From contig JAWMAR010000346.1 of the NCBI GenBank assembly GCA_036785375.1, forward strand, positions 496,001 to 560,000: a DNA stretch of 64,000 nt. Direction: 5' to 3'. The translations under genes and the position numbers were made by a program. The DNA is from Leucoraja ocellata (taxonomy: Eukaryota). Positions 29,978 to 42,800 of the stretch are shown piece by piece; position 1 is the first letter of the stretch; each line of letters opens with the position of its first letter. The notes below the pieces were generated by a model that worked only from the letters and a program-made list of their open reading frames with translations, was not told the DNA's origin and did no database searches.

Positions 29978-30635
29978 GAAACATAGAAAATAGGTGCAGG
30001 AGGAGGCCATTCGGCCCTTCGAGCCAGCACCACCATTCATTGTGATCATGGCTGATCATCCCCAATCAATAACCCGTGCCTACCTTCTCCCCATATCCCT
30101 TGACTCCACTAGCCCCTAGACCTCTATCTAACTCTCTCTTAAATCCATCCAGTGATTTGGCCTCCACTCCCCTCTGTGGCAGGGAATTCCACAAATTCAC
30201 AACTCTCTGGGTGAAAACATTTTTTCTCACCTCAGTCTTAAATAGCCTCCCCTTTATTCCAAGACTGCGGCCCCTGGTTCTGGACTAGCCCAACATTGGG
30301 AACATTTTTCTTGCATCCAGATTGTCCAGTCCTTTTATAATTTTATATGTTTCTATAAGAGACCCCCTCATCCTTCGAAACTCCAGTGAATACAAGCCTA
30401 GTCTTTTCAATCTTTCCTCATATGACAGTCCGGCCGTCCCAGGTATCAATCTCGAGAACCTACGCTGCACTGCCTCAATCACAAGGATGGCCTTCCTCAA
30501 ATTTGGAGACCAAAACTGTACACAATACTCCAGACATGGTCTTATCAGAGCCCTATACAAATGCAGAAGAACCTCTTTATTCCTATACTGAAATTCTCTT
30601 GTTATGAAGGCCAACATTCCATTAGCTTTCTCCAT
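29978..30635 (-). mobile_element. CR1-clade LINE 3' fragment (inverted relative to the previous copy)
   Basis: Minus [38 protein letters not shown]; tail at about 29978-30010. Confidence 0.9.
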
Positions 30636-31454
30636 TGCACTAGCTTTCTTCTGTTTAAACTGAAGATAGATACAAAATGCTCAAGTAACTCAGGGGGACA
30701 GGCAGCATCTCTGGAATGGGTGACATTTCAGTTCATAACCCTTCCTCAGCACAGACAGAGGAGATTAGTTTAACTTGGCATCATGTTCAGCACAGACATT
30801 GTATTCACGTGTTGTACTGTTTTGTTCTATAACTCAGCGAGTTTTAAGCAACCTCAACTGGTGTTTCTATTGCCACTGCAGCAGCTTTCTTCAAAATCCT
30901 TGGAAGCAGGCCTTCAAGTTTGGTGATTTGTCTGCTTTTAGTTTCATTACAGTTTTCCAAGATACTATCTCTCAAGGTAGGGATTGCTGAAAATTGTCCC
31001 TCCTTTTTGAAACTAAGGAATAACTAAATATTATTTTTGGGACGTGTGAAGTGCCCTCTAGTGAAGTGATCCAAAATATAAGCTTATACTATCTGCCCTT
31101 TCGTTGTTTCCTATTACTAATTTTGAAGTCTCACCTTCTAGAAGCCCCACACTCACCTTTGCCATCCTTTTCCACTTCATTTGATCATTGAAAGCTCTTG
31201 CCATTTCTTTTATTTCAGTATTACTTGCCAGTTTACTTTCATAATCAATTCTATCCTTCCTTACGTGTTTGTTGAGTCCACCATTATTAGTTACTGAAAA
31301 ATTCCCAGTCTACCACAAGCCTTTGTTACTTTCTACATTTATTTTGTATTTAATATTTTCTTTGTCTTTCTTTACAAACTACAAATGATTTATCTTTCTC
31401 ATGGAGTCCCTCTTTCTGATTGGAATAAGTTTCTACAGAGTATGGTGAAGTAAC

Positions 31455-31690
31455 TGCAGAGTGGTGCATCTGGCAAAGCTGCTATCTCACATCGGCAGAG
31501 AACCAGGTACGGTCCTGACCTTGGGTGCTGTCTTGTGGAGTTCTCCTTGTGAACATGTGGCTGTCCTTCAGGTGCTCTGGTTTCCTCCCACATCCCAAAG
31601 ATATGTGCTTTGTCGGCTAAATGCCTTTGTAAAATTGTTCCTAATGTGTACGAAATGGATGAGAAAGTGGGATAACACAGAACTAGTCTG
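31455..31690 (+). mobile_element. V-SINE copy
   Basis: GGTTTCCTCCCACATCCCAAAGA V-domain and TGTAAAATTG..CCTAATGTGT 3' part. Confidence 0.7.
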
Positions 31691-31694
31691 AGTG

Positions 31695-31870
31695 TTCGAC
31701 ACAAAGTGCTTGAGTAACTCAGCAAGTCAGGCATCATCTTTGGAGAAAAATCATGGATGATGTTTCACCCAAGAACCTTTTTCTCCAGAGATGCTGCTGA
31801 TCCGTTGAGTTACTCCAGCACTTTGTGTCTATCTTCGGTATAAACTAGCATCTGCAGTTCCTTTCTACAC
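31695..31870. repeat. Palindromic-family short repeat
   Basis: GACACAAAGTGCT.GAGTAACTCA ... TGAGTTACTCCAGCACTTTGTGTC inverted arms. Confidence 0.7.
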
Positions 31871-32359
31871 ACTATTGCCTTTACTTCACGCTCAATAGTT
31901 TTTTACCTTCTTGCTAAACTTAATTTTCATCCAAGTTATTCCACATGACAACCCATTCCATGAATGTCACTATTATCAGTGCACTGATGCCTTTCTTGAT
32001 TTACAACATTAACCCATCTCCTTTTGCGTTTTTGTCTTTTCTTTAGGAAAATTGAAAAGTTTGGAATATAGATTTTAGGGTCCTGGTTACCTCATAGTCA
32101 CATTTCTTTAATAACTAATAATCAAAATCATTTATTTCTGTTAGTGCGTTAAGCTAATCTATCATGCTAGACGTGGTGGAAGAATAAAGATTGGCTACTA
32201 TGATTTTTATAATTTTTAGTTATACATGAGTTCAAATTTTGGTTGGAAACTTTTGCTTATCTTTCCTGCCTTTTCCTATCATGGTTTGATTTTCATTCAC
32301 CCTTTCACTTCCATGTGCTCGGTACTATTTTTTGATTTATTAAATTCCATCACAGATAT

Positions 32360-32463
32360 CTAAAAATAGGAATATGGATCAAAATGTCCACAAGCGAACA
32401 ATTTATGAAACATGAGGCCAAATTGCAGATGGATAAAAATAATTTTAACCAAACTGACAGATG
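32360..32463. promoter_or_regulatory. Candidate MEF2/E-box module
   Basis: Canonical MEF2 site CTAAAAATAG 32360-32369 and two CAGATG E-boxes (32426, 32458). Motif evidence only. Confidence 0.3.
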
Positions 32464-33689
32464 CGTAATTTCAATGTGCCCTATTATTTTAAGTGTAACT
32501 AGAAGAATAAATAAAAATACACTTCTGTGGAAAGATTTGAAACAACATCAACAACATTCAACCTAAATCTCCAAAGAATAGATAATTTAAAAACTATTCT
32601 TGATTCCACAATCTCACACATCAGCCAAGGCTGGAGTGGGCCAGTGATTATGACTGACATCATACAGTCTATATATTTGCACAGAAGAAATAATTAATTA
32701 CCATAAAAATTAAGTCCATTTAGTGAATCATGGGATTAGAATCCGACCGCAACTTCATTTCAAGAGAGAAGGGTGTTTAATTGTGATATGCACTGGGACT
32801 GGAACAATGAAATGCTTACTGGCTGAAGTTTAACATGCACATTAAATGCAACAACACAAAACAAATGTACAATAAATGATCAGTTACACGAGGTAAACCA
32901 TACCATTATTATGAAAGTCAAAGTACATAGAGCGACCTTAGTAATACAGATTCCATAATAGATTTTTTGCAGAAAATGCTATGGAGGACAGTGAAATAAA
33001 CAAAATCCATGCATGAGATCAATACCAGTCACTACTTGCAGTGTGGTCACCAAGTCTAGTTCAAAGGAATTATCCAAACATGTCCACTTGGCCTGGCTAC
33101 AACTTTACCACCATATCCAGCCAGCAAGAAATTGCATTAATTTCATTATACTGATTATGGCACAGTGGAAGAACTGGCATTAAAATTCATCTAATGCGTG
33201 ATGATCTTTCATGTCATAGCACATGGCTTTCCAAAATGACAGAAATATTTTGCATGTGCTATTTAAATTTAAATATTATATTACTTCGTTACTGGATATC
33301 ACCAGGTCAATGCGGAGTTATATTTCAGTCTTAAATGTAAATATGAGCTGCTAATCTTTACGCTGGTCCTAAAATGTGCATCATCAGCATTTTTGAGGCA
33401 TGTGTAACATTATCTTACAAGGAATATTTTTAGATTTTGAACTGTAGTCTTTTCATTTAGAAACATGTGTTAGCACTTGTATAAAGTTATAGACAAATAA
33501 ACAAAAGTGTTTTCAGTAGCTCGGTTTATAGTATCTGTGTCTCTAATTCAAATAATTGGTTGATCAAGTTCCAATCAATATATTTTATCTTTTTAAATTC
33601 AAACTTAGAGCGGTTGTCAGTAGTCATTTTAACAGAGTTGAGCATTAATGAGAGTTCAATTATTTGATATTTACTCAGAGAGCAATCCT

Positions 33690-35610
33690 TATTGCAAGCA
33701 AGGTCCCAGAGGATTGTAGAGTAGGCAATGTCTCTGCTTAAAGAGGAAAAAGCGACAATCCAGGAAATTATAGGCCATTGGGAGATAAGGGAGCTATTTG
33801 AGAGAATTCTTAGGAATAGGATATATTCGTATTTGGAAGAGAATGGGATAATTAATGACAGTCATGGCTTTATGCGGCCTGCATTTTTCTGAGGAGACAA
33901 TTTGACAGTGACGATTGATGGGCCAGTGGATGTTGTCCACATGGATGTTGGTAAGACAGATGACAATGTCCTTAATTGCAGGCAGATCTAAAAGCCTAAA
34001 ATGGATGGGATTCATGGTAATTTGGTAGTGTGTATTCAGAACTGGCTCACCCATAGAAGACAGAGTGTTGTGGTGGGATCTCATAGAAACATATAAAATT
34101 ATTAAGGGATTGGACACGCTAGATGCAGGAAAAACATTTCCGATGTTGGGGGAGTCCAGAACCAGGGCCACAGTTTAAGAATAAGGGGTAGGCCATTTAA
34201 AACTTTTTCGCACAGAGAGTTGTGAATTTGCAGAATTCCCTGCCTCAGAAGGCAGTGGAGGCAGATTCACTGGATGCACTCTAAAGAGAGTTCGATAGAG
34301 CTCTTCGGATTAGCAGGATCAGGGGGCATGGGGAGAGGGCAGGAATGGAGTACTTCTTCTTTCGTGTCCATCATCCATGTTTCAAATGTTGACATCGCTG
34401 TCATTGTCCGTCCTGAAAAGGAAGCAAGCTTCTGGCGACAATCAGTGGGAGCCATCACTTGGTGCAATAGATGATGATGGTAGCAGAATTAGCTCAGGAT
34501 ACTTCCAGTTTCCAGCCCCGCTTCTGCTATGGGGCCAAAGTGGTACTGATTGTGGATGATCAGCCATGATCATATTGAATGGCGGTGCTGGCTGGAAGGG
34601 CCGAATGGCCTACTCATGCATCTCTTGTCTATGTATCTATGTCTATGTATATATGTAGAAGGGTTGGTTAGTAAGTTTGCATTTGACACAAAAATGGTAA
34701 AGATCCTTACAATGAAGACATCCGTCAAAGGATAACGAAGGATATTCAGTCACAGATATGGATGGAGAAATGGCAGATGGCATATAGAATGCAGACAAGT
34801 GAGGTATTGCACTTTGAATGGTCAAATGCAAAGGAAAAGCATACATGTATGGCATGACCCATAATAAGAGTAATGTATAGAGGGATCTTGACATCCAAGT
34901 CCATAGCTCCCAGTAATTAGAAACATGAGTAGATAGAGTAGATAGATACGGTATATGAATATTAGTGGATATTTTTAAGGCAGAAATAGATAGATTCTTG
35001 ATTAGAACAGGTATCAGAGAAGGTAGGAGAATGGGGTTCGGAGGGAGAGATAGATCAGCCATGGTTCAATGGCGGAGTAGACTTGATGGGCCAAATGGCC
35101 TAATTCTACTGCTATTACTTATGACCTAATGAGTTGCAAACAAGGTGTATGGCATTGCGTATGAGTCATGAAGTCATATTGCAGCTTTATAAAACTTTGG
35201 TCAGGCAGCATTTGGAGTACTGTGTGCAGTTCTAGTTGCCCCGGTATAAGGAGGAGCTGGTGCCTTTAGAGAGATTGTAGAAGAGGTTTACCAGGATGGT
35301 GTCTGGATTGGAGGTTATTAGCTTTCAGAAGTGGTTGGATAAACTTTGAGTGTTTTCCCTGGAGTGCCAGAAGCTGATGGGAGTCCTGATAGAAATTTAT
35401 GTAATTATGAGACACCTAGATACGTTAGGCAGTCAGAGTTGTTCCTCAAAATAGAAATATCAAATACTAGATGGCATAGTTCGAAAGTGAGAGAAAGAAA
35501 GTTTAAAGTAGATGAAAGGAGCTGTTTTCTTTTACTCAGAGAGTTGTGGGTGCTTGGGAAATGTTGCCAGGGGTGGCGAAGGAGGCAAATATGATGCGTT
35601 TAGATAAGCA
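33690..35610 (+). mobile_element. Cluster of nested, decayed CR1-clade LINE fragments
   Basis: RT remnants (PGNYRP-like, KFA.DTK-like, LEYCVQF) interrupted by younger CR1 3' ends (about 34075-34640 and 34965-35125). Confidence 0.7.
34355..34542 (-). mobile_element. Possible RTE-type 3' fragment with (AAG)n end, nested in a CR1 tail
   Basis: Minus strand ends ...GGACACGAAAGAAGAAG; flanked by GTACT direct repeats (34350-34354, 34543-34547) that split a CR1 tail. Confidence 0.45.
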
Positions 35611-35619
35611 TATAAATAT

Positions 35620-35900
35620 GTGCTGGTGGCACAATCACAAAGAGGCCTGGATTTGATCCTGACCTAGGGTTCTATCAATGTGGAGTTTGCGCATTTTCCT
35701 TATGAGTTTTCTCCAGGTGCCCCGTTTCTCCCAAATCCCAAAGACATGCAGGTTTGCAGGCTAATTGGCTGGAGTCAATTGCTCTGAGTATGTCGCAAGT
35801 GGATGCAAAAGTGGGATAACATAGTACGTCTGAGAATACGTCATCGATGGTCACGGTGGACTCGGTGGGCCGAAGGGCCTGTTTCCACATTATATCTCAA
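35620..35900 (+). mobile_element. V-SINE copy
   Basis: TGTGGAGTTTGCGCATT..CTCCAGGTGCCCCG.TTTCTCCC..ATCCCAAAGACATGCAGGT and 3' GTGGGCCGAAGGGCCTGTTTCC. Confidence 0.7.
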
Positions 35901-36829
35901 AATAAAAATATGCAGGAAATGGATGTGCAGATGGAAGGGATTTATTTAATTTGGCATCTTGTTCTGCACAGACATCATAGGCCGAGGGTCCTGTTCCTGT
36001 TTTGTACTGCTCTATGGAGTACGCATGGAGTGTAAATACCTAAAGATCTGGCCAGGACTGAACTGGATGGTCTGAAAATAGAATGTGAAGCCAGATAGAA
36101 CTAGATGGCAGGAAAGGTAAGTACTGGCGAAAAACATGTGGTTGTGGTTAAGGGACTGGGTGTGAACATGATGGAAGATCAGGAGAACTCTGCATACTAA
36201 GCCTAGACGTTGCAGTTGAACAGTAAATTCAAGACCAAAGAGATTGCAGTTGTTGGAACCTGGAGCAAGAAAAATCAAACTTCTGGAAGAACTCGGTTGA
36301 TGTCCATTTCACTCTACAGATTCTACCCGGACTACCGTGTTTGTCCAGCAGTGTGTTTTATGCACTGCATGTGCTTGGGTGACTGTGCATCAATCAGGAG
36401 ACATTACTTTATTGACAATTAATTATCCATTAATCTATTCAATTGATTTAATGCCATCCCTAATATTTGCCTATTGTGTAGACATTATCCTGTAGAGGTG
36501 TAGCAGGGAAACAGGCTCTTCAGCCCATACAGACCATAAATATCAATTTTCACCCTAACCCATTTCATTCTCTTCATATTCCCATTAACTAGCTCTGGTT
36601 AATCCTAAATGATAAACGTAATCCACTTCTTCCTTGTTAATCTGAACCTGGAACAAAATGGTTATGCAGGAAGGTCTGGTAGTGTTGTGCTGGAGGGTAT
36701 AAATTAATTTGACAAAGGAATGGGGCAGATGCACAGTTTAATGTGGTGGTGCACCCAAATATTCAAAGAAAACTAAGTCAGTTCAGTTGGCGGGACCCAA
36801 GTGACCATGGGCATTAAGGATATAGGAGG

Positions 36830-37880
36830 AATGCAAGGCTAAATGTATTTGTTTCAATGGAAGGAATCTGATGAGTAAAGTGGATGAACTGAGAGCATTG
36901 ATCAGCAGATGGGGATAGAATATTGCTATTATAAGGACTAGGTTTAAGGAAAGGTAGGATTGGCATTTTAATATTCCAAAGTATAGAATCCTCTACAGTA
37001 ATGACGCGCATATCATAGGAGACTCTTCAAAAGAGGTGATATTGGTAGAATTTAGGAAAAACATGGAAGGAATGGATTACTTTGCTGGGAATATATTACA
37101 AAATTATCAAAATGAGAGAAGAGCAGACATGTAGATAAATCACAGAGAGATGTAGATGATTTGAGATTTAGCCACAGGAAATTTCAACTTTACTGATATT
37201 CATGGGAATTGTTGTTAAAGTGTCAATGAGGCTAGAATTTTTAAAGAACATCCAGGACTTTTAAGCCTGCACATTGATAGATCCATTGGAGAAGGGGTAG
37301 TACTGGACCAAATCTCAGGGAATGGAGCCAGGCAAATGGTTGAAGTGTCAGAGGGACAGCATTTCAAATTGACCATAATTCTATAAGTTTCAAGGTAAAC
37401 TGGAAAGGAATAAGATAAGAAAGGAATGATCTGTAACATCGGATCTTAAATGAGGGGAAATGTGACTTGAGTCTCATGACTAGAGCTGGTAAAAATAAAC
37501 TGGGAGCAGTTACTTGCAGGTAGGTCAACAAGTGCGAACCATTTAACTGTGAACTAGCATGAAATCAGGCCAATGTAGGTGAAAGAAAATGACAGCAATT
37601 CTGGGCAACCCTGAATGTCAAGGGCTAGATCGATAAGCAAGTAAGCAACTGAAAACAAGGGAGACACTTCAGTTATAGAAAGAGGATACTTAAAAAAAAG
37701 GAGATCGGAAGGGCACAGAGAGGGCATGAAATATCACGAGCAGGCAAGATTAAGGATAATCCTAAAGTTATTTATAAGTATAAGAAGGTCAAAGTAACCA
37801 GGGAAGGAGTCAGGCTCATAGAGAAATAAGGTGGCAAGCTATGTATAGACCCAGAGTACCTAGCTGAGATAATAAAAAGG
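36830..37880 (+). mobile_element. Heavily decayed CR1 ORF2 (endonuclease region)
   Basis: Residual similarity to the CR1 APE region at 400-1150 (SKVDEL.., GNFNF, DHN-like codons); no intact ORF. Confidence 0.5.
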
Positions 37881-37894
37881 AACTGATTTATACC

Positions 37895-38025
37895 AACGAT
37901 AGACATAAAATGCTGGAGTAACTTGGCGGGTCACGCAGCATTGCTGGAGAAAATAGACAGGAGACTGAAGTCTGAAGAAGGGTCCTGACTCGAAATGTCA
38001 ACTATCCATTTTCTCCAGAGATACA
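37895..38025. mobile_element. Palindromic-family short repeat with hammerhead-like core (37972-37999)
   Basis: CTGAAGA-A-GGGTC-CT-GACTC-GAAA-TGTC. Confidence 0.65.
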
Positions 38026-39134
38026 GTAACGCCACCGTGACCGCACACAATGTTTGTACCCGTATGCCAATGTTTCATTGCACCCTACCATTCATTATGG
38101 TATTTCTAGCCTATTAGTCCTTCAAAAGCACTTTAGCCAGGGGATAGAATTAAAAGCAGTGAGGTTGTGAGACAGCTTAAACTGTATGCTGTTCTGTCGC
38201 CATGAATATTGCTTGGGACAGGTTTTTCACTTCTGAAGAGAAACAAAATTATTAGAGGAGGTTAAGGTGAGAAATGATTGAGGTATGCAGAGGAATGATA
38301 GGCATACACAGGAGATTCATGAATAGAGGGAATGTACTCACCAATGCTCAGTTCGCATTTTGGCAGGAAGTAAATGCACCTCAATGCTGCTTTAATCCCG
38401 GCCAGAATTCTTGACGGAAGTGTTTCAGGCCCAATAAATTTCAGATGGTTCCTCCAGTCTTTGGCTTGAAGTGGATGTCTTCAACAAAGGCTGCATAATG
38501 TTTAATTCCATTTGCACATTACACACACAGTGAAGCAACCCTTGCCAAGGATGCAGAGAGACCTGGAAAACATAGAGGTGTGAGCTGATGAGTGAAGAGT
38601 AGCAATTGTGCTGCACAAGTTCCAGCTAATGGTTCCTCCAGTAAGACATCTTCCATTGACATTGAGCAGCATTACGATTGAAGAGATCCCAACATGACAC
38701 CCTGACAGTCATCATTGATTATTGATTGACAAGATTTATAAATACTATAACAACAAGAGTAGCTCAGAAACAGTGGGGAGAGTTGCATCACTGACTCGCC
38801 AAAATCTCACGGTCATCTACAAGATATAGCTACTTATTTACAGGGCTAAGTAAAACTCAACCTTCAAGCTTGATATCCTGCACAACACTGTAGCCCACTG
38901 CATAGGTGCCAAATCCTCCCCTGCTCCCTCAATCATCTTTGGACCTTGGCTGCAGTGGTCCATGAACAAAAATGCACTAGAGTTATCACCCAACTATCAA
39001 CAATGGCATCCCCGAAACAAAAAAAACCCTCTAAAATAGAATGGCAAGGAACAGAGGCTGATGGAAATGCCACCATCCACAAAGTCCTTTTCACATCATT
39101 CATGAGCAGTCTTAGGAAAGGCATTGCAGGTGCA

Positions 39135-39600
39135 CCTCTTCAAATTGTCATCTACTGCATTTGGTCTTCTAATATGACCTCCCTTACACCATTCTGACCA
39201 TGCGTAGATTCGGAGACAGTTTCGCCAAACCCTTGTGCTCTTTCTGTTAAGGCTTGCTGGATCTCTCGGTTGCTAACCATTTCAGCTCCTCTTTGCATTC
39301 CCACACTGTCCTTTCTGTCCTTGGCCTTCTCCATTGCCAGAGTGAGGCCACTCCTGTTCTGCCTGAATAGCTTACAACACAGCAGTGTGAAAATTGAATT
39401 CTCTAATTTATATTCATACTCCTCTACCCTTGCATGTGCCACCATTTCTCCCACATCACCCACCACCCTGCTCCTTTCCCCTCCTTCGAATGTTTATCTC
39501 ACTTCCCTGACTTACCAATTTCCCCTTTATTCTTCCTCTTTTAACCTCCCTCCTTTTCTACTCACATCCCTTCCTCCGGTGTTTTACATTTCATTTCTCA
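39135..39600 (+). mobile_element. Penelope-like GIY-YIG endonuclease remnant
   Basis: Reading across frameshifts gives VIYCIWSS..RRFGDSFAK..DLSVANHFSS..HSHT.LSVLGLLHCQSEA..LNSLQHSSVKIEFSNL, a PLE GIY-YIG domain; followed by a C/T-rich tail. Confidence 0.7.
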
Positions 39601-40730
39601 TCCTTATCCCTAATCGCCCGTCTATCCAGATGCATAAATATCTTATCCCTCAGAAATCTCTCTAGTAATCTGCCTACCTCAGATGTTAGACTCACTAGTC
39701 TACAATTCCCAGGCTTTTCCTTGCAACTCTTCAGAGGCACAATATTAGCCACATCCCAGTCATCCCTCACCTCACCCATGCCTAATGATGATTCATATAT
39801 CTCAGCCAGAACCCTTGCAACTCCTTCTCTAGCCTCCCAGTGTCCTCGGACATGTCTGATCAGGTCCACGTGATTTATCCACCTTCAGTGATGTCCAGTA
39901 CCTCCTCAGCTGTAATACAGATTGTCCTCTGGACATTTCCATTAACTGCCCCAAGTTCCCCAGACCATGTAAAAACATAGGAGAAATATTCAATTAGGAC
40001 CTTGCCCATCTCCTGGGGCTCCATATAGAGGTGACTACTTTGGTTTCTGAGGGCCCCTATTTTCTCTCAAGTTATCCTCTTTCTCTAAATGTGCTTAGAA
40101 AATATCTTCAAATGTCCCTTAATATTATCTGTCACAACTATTTCCAGCGCCCTTTATGCCCTCATGAATTCCTTCTTAAGTATGTTCCCCAGTTCCTGAA
40201 ACTACTCCAAGGACACACTTGATCCTCCTGGTTGTATTTGTCCCAAGCCTTCTTTTATTCTGACCAGAGTTTCATTTTTTCTCGTCATCCATTTCCTTTC
40301 TTCCGCTTGCCTTCCCCTTCACTCTAATCAAAACATGCATGCCCTGAACTCTTTACATCACTCTTTTAAAAGCATCCAGTTGTTCCATAGCCCACAAACA
40401 ACCTACTCCAGTCAGCTTTAGCAAGTTCCTGTCTAAGACGCCTTGCCCCTATTCCATATTTTAACCTGTGGGTCCATCCTCTCTTTATCCAAAGCTATTT
40501 TAAAAGTACCAGCACTGTGGTTGCTAGTTCCAAAAGGCTTGCCTACGGACACGTCAGTCACGTGCCCTTTCCTAAAGGTGTACCAGACTTTGCCCACTCC
40601 CTTGTTCATCCCTCTACATACTGCCTGAGAAAACTTTCCTTAACACATTTGACAAATTCCACCCCATCTGACCCTTTGGCATCATGCCAGTCCCAGTATA
40701 TATTGCAAAAGTTAAAATCCTTTGCTATGA
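39600..40730 (-). mobile_element. Decayed CR1-clade LINE ORF2 fragment
   Basis: Minus ORFs DW.VANIVPL..KEKPGNCRLVSLTSEVGRLLERFLRDKI and DFNF.NI.W....KG.DGVEFVKCV.ESFL.QYVE. Confidence 0.8.
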
Positions 40731-40734
40731 TAAC

Positions 40735-41055
40735 TTCGGGAACTCCAACCCGCAGGAGCTTCGCCCACCCCAACGCAGGAGGTTTGATCACCCTGACGCG
40801 GGATCTTCGAACGCCCCGACGCAAGAGGTTCGATTGCCCCGACGCGGGGGCTTCGACCGTCGGCTGCGGGAGCTTTGATCTCTGGCTGCGTTCCATCACA
40901 GTGAGGAATGTGGGGAATCTGCTGTGGTGGATGTTTACGTTAACTTTTATGTAATTGTGTGTCTTGTCGCTTATTTTTCTGTATTGACTGTTTGGTAATT
41001 CACACATCACTGTACCTTAATTGGTACGTGTGACAATAAAAGACCTTTGAAACCA
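40735..41055 (+). mobile_element. CpG-rich retroelement 3' piece with an internal 23-bp minisatellite
   Basis: About 6 units of CGCRGGAGSTTCGAYYRCCCCGA (40751-40890), then stem-loop GTACC-TTAATT-GGTAC and TGACAATAAA, similar in layout to the Rex1-like 3' end near 2020-2055. Confidence 0.55.
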
Positions 41056-41559
41056 TTGTGGGTCCCATGACATCAGACCATATAGGGCCCAGAAAACCTG
41101 GTTAATTACCATTTCTACCTCCCTCCCATAGAAGATCAAATAGTCTACATTGAGCATCACTTGGAGAACACGGTGAAGAGAGCATTTGGGTGAAAGAAAG
41201 ACTAAAAAAGTGATATATTCAAGGACCACTATGGGGCTGGACCTGACTCAAGTGTTGAGGTAACAAGAACCAGGAAGACTAACTTCATCTAGTCTTCTCC
41301 AAATGCCTGCTATAGTTGCATCTGTTTATGATTGAATTGGAAGTCATGCCCATTTCACAGTCTTCACAATGTTTCACCTCAAATTCTTAAAATTCCAGGG
41401 TCAGGTGGCCTCCCACTCCTATTTTCTTGTGTATACAGTCTTGCAAAGCTGTAGCACAAGACTTCATACTCAGAAGACAAAGAAAAAGTAGCAGCAGGAA
41501 TAGGCCTCGTGGCTCATTAAGCCTGCTCCGCAGTTCAATATGATTACGGCTAATCTATG

Positions 41560-42800
41560 CTGGCCTCAACTCATTTTCTGTGCCAGCTCCCCATTATTTG
41601 TAAAACAGAGGAAGTAACATTAGAACCCTCACGTTGCCAGGTGAGGAGGGGGCTGTGGGTCCCCAGCAGGACCAAAAACAAGACTTGTCAAAGGGCGGAT
41701 GAGCTTCTAGCGAGCAAACGGCCATCCACACTTCAGTAGAAGTTGCGATCACTGTGGTACACAGCATTGTAAGGAATGATGATAAAGCATGCACACCAAA
41801 ATCCTGTACTTCCAGCGGCGGAAGTCCGCAGGAGATGTGTGGTCCGTCTGTCACCGTTCCCGTTGGAAACCAGCACCACTGCATCACTAATGTTTTCAAC
41901 AATGATAAATGCATCCTCCACATCCAATTATGGTGAAATAAAATCCTCATCGAAGGAGTACAAACCATGATTGTTCTCAATGAAGATGCAGACCATCAAT
42001 GAGGACTGAAGCATTTGGCAACATCTCCTGTGAGGGATGATAACTGGATGATGCACCTTGACCTCCTTCTGGAATTCTTGGAATCACAGACACTAGTCTT
42101 CAGCAATCTTAATTCACTCCAAGAGATATAATGAAACCTCTGAGTGCAATGGATGTAGCAAAAGCTCTAGTCTCAACAATATCTCAACAGTAGTGGCTCA
42201 AAGGGCCGAATGGCCTACTCCTGCACCTATTTTCTATGTTTCTATGACACACGTAGTCACAGTCGTAAAGAGGGTTTATGGTATGCAAGCCTTCAGTAAT
42301 CGGGGCATTAAGTGTGACTCAGGGAGTCACGTTGCAGCTGTATAGGACGTTAGTTAAGCTGCATTAGGAGTTTTGGGTGCAGTTGTGGTCGCTCCATTAC
42401 ACAACAGATGTGGAAGCATTGGAGAGGATACAGATGAGGTTTACTGGAATGCTGCCTGAATTAGAGGGCATTAGCTTTAAGGAGTGGTCTGACAAACTTG
42501 GATTGTCTTCTCCGTAACACTGGAGCCTACGGAGAGACCTGACCTGACCTGACCTGACGTGAAAATCATGAAAAACAAAAATAGGTAGACAGTCAGAACC
42601 TGGACTGTTTCCTGGAATGGTCTGCCAGCAGTGATGGTAGAGGCATTTAAGAAGCTTTTGCATAGGCACATGTATATGCAGGGAGTAGAAATGCATGGAT
42701 CACATGCAGGCAGAACAGGTTAGTTGGCACAGTTTTGCACAGACATTGTGGACTAAATGGCCTGTTCCGAGCTGTACTGTCTGTTCTATGTTCTAGTCAA
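41560..42800 (+). mobile_element. Decayed LINE fragments (older RT piece about 41560-42190, CR1 3' pieces about 42195-42800)
   Basis: CR1 tail GGGCCGAATGGCCTACTCCTGCACCTATT at about 42203; LQLYRTLV..VQLWS..Y..DVEALERIQ.RFT.MLP remnants; (GACCT)n at about 42536-42557. Confidence 0.55.

Noticed and set aside
40751-40890. Regular 23-bp repeats as a CRISPR array
   Set aside because: Units are contiguous with no unique spacers, no cas genes, and the context is vertebrate.
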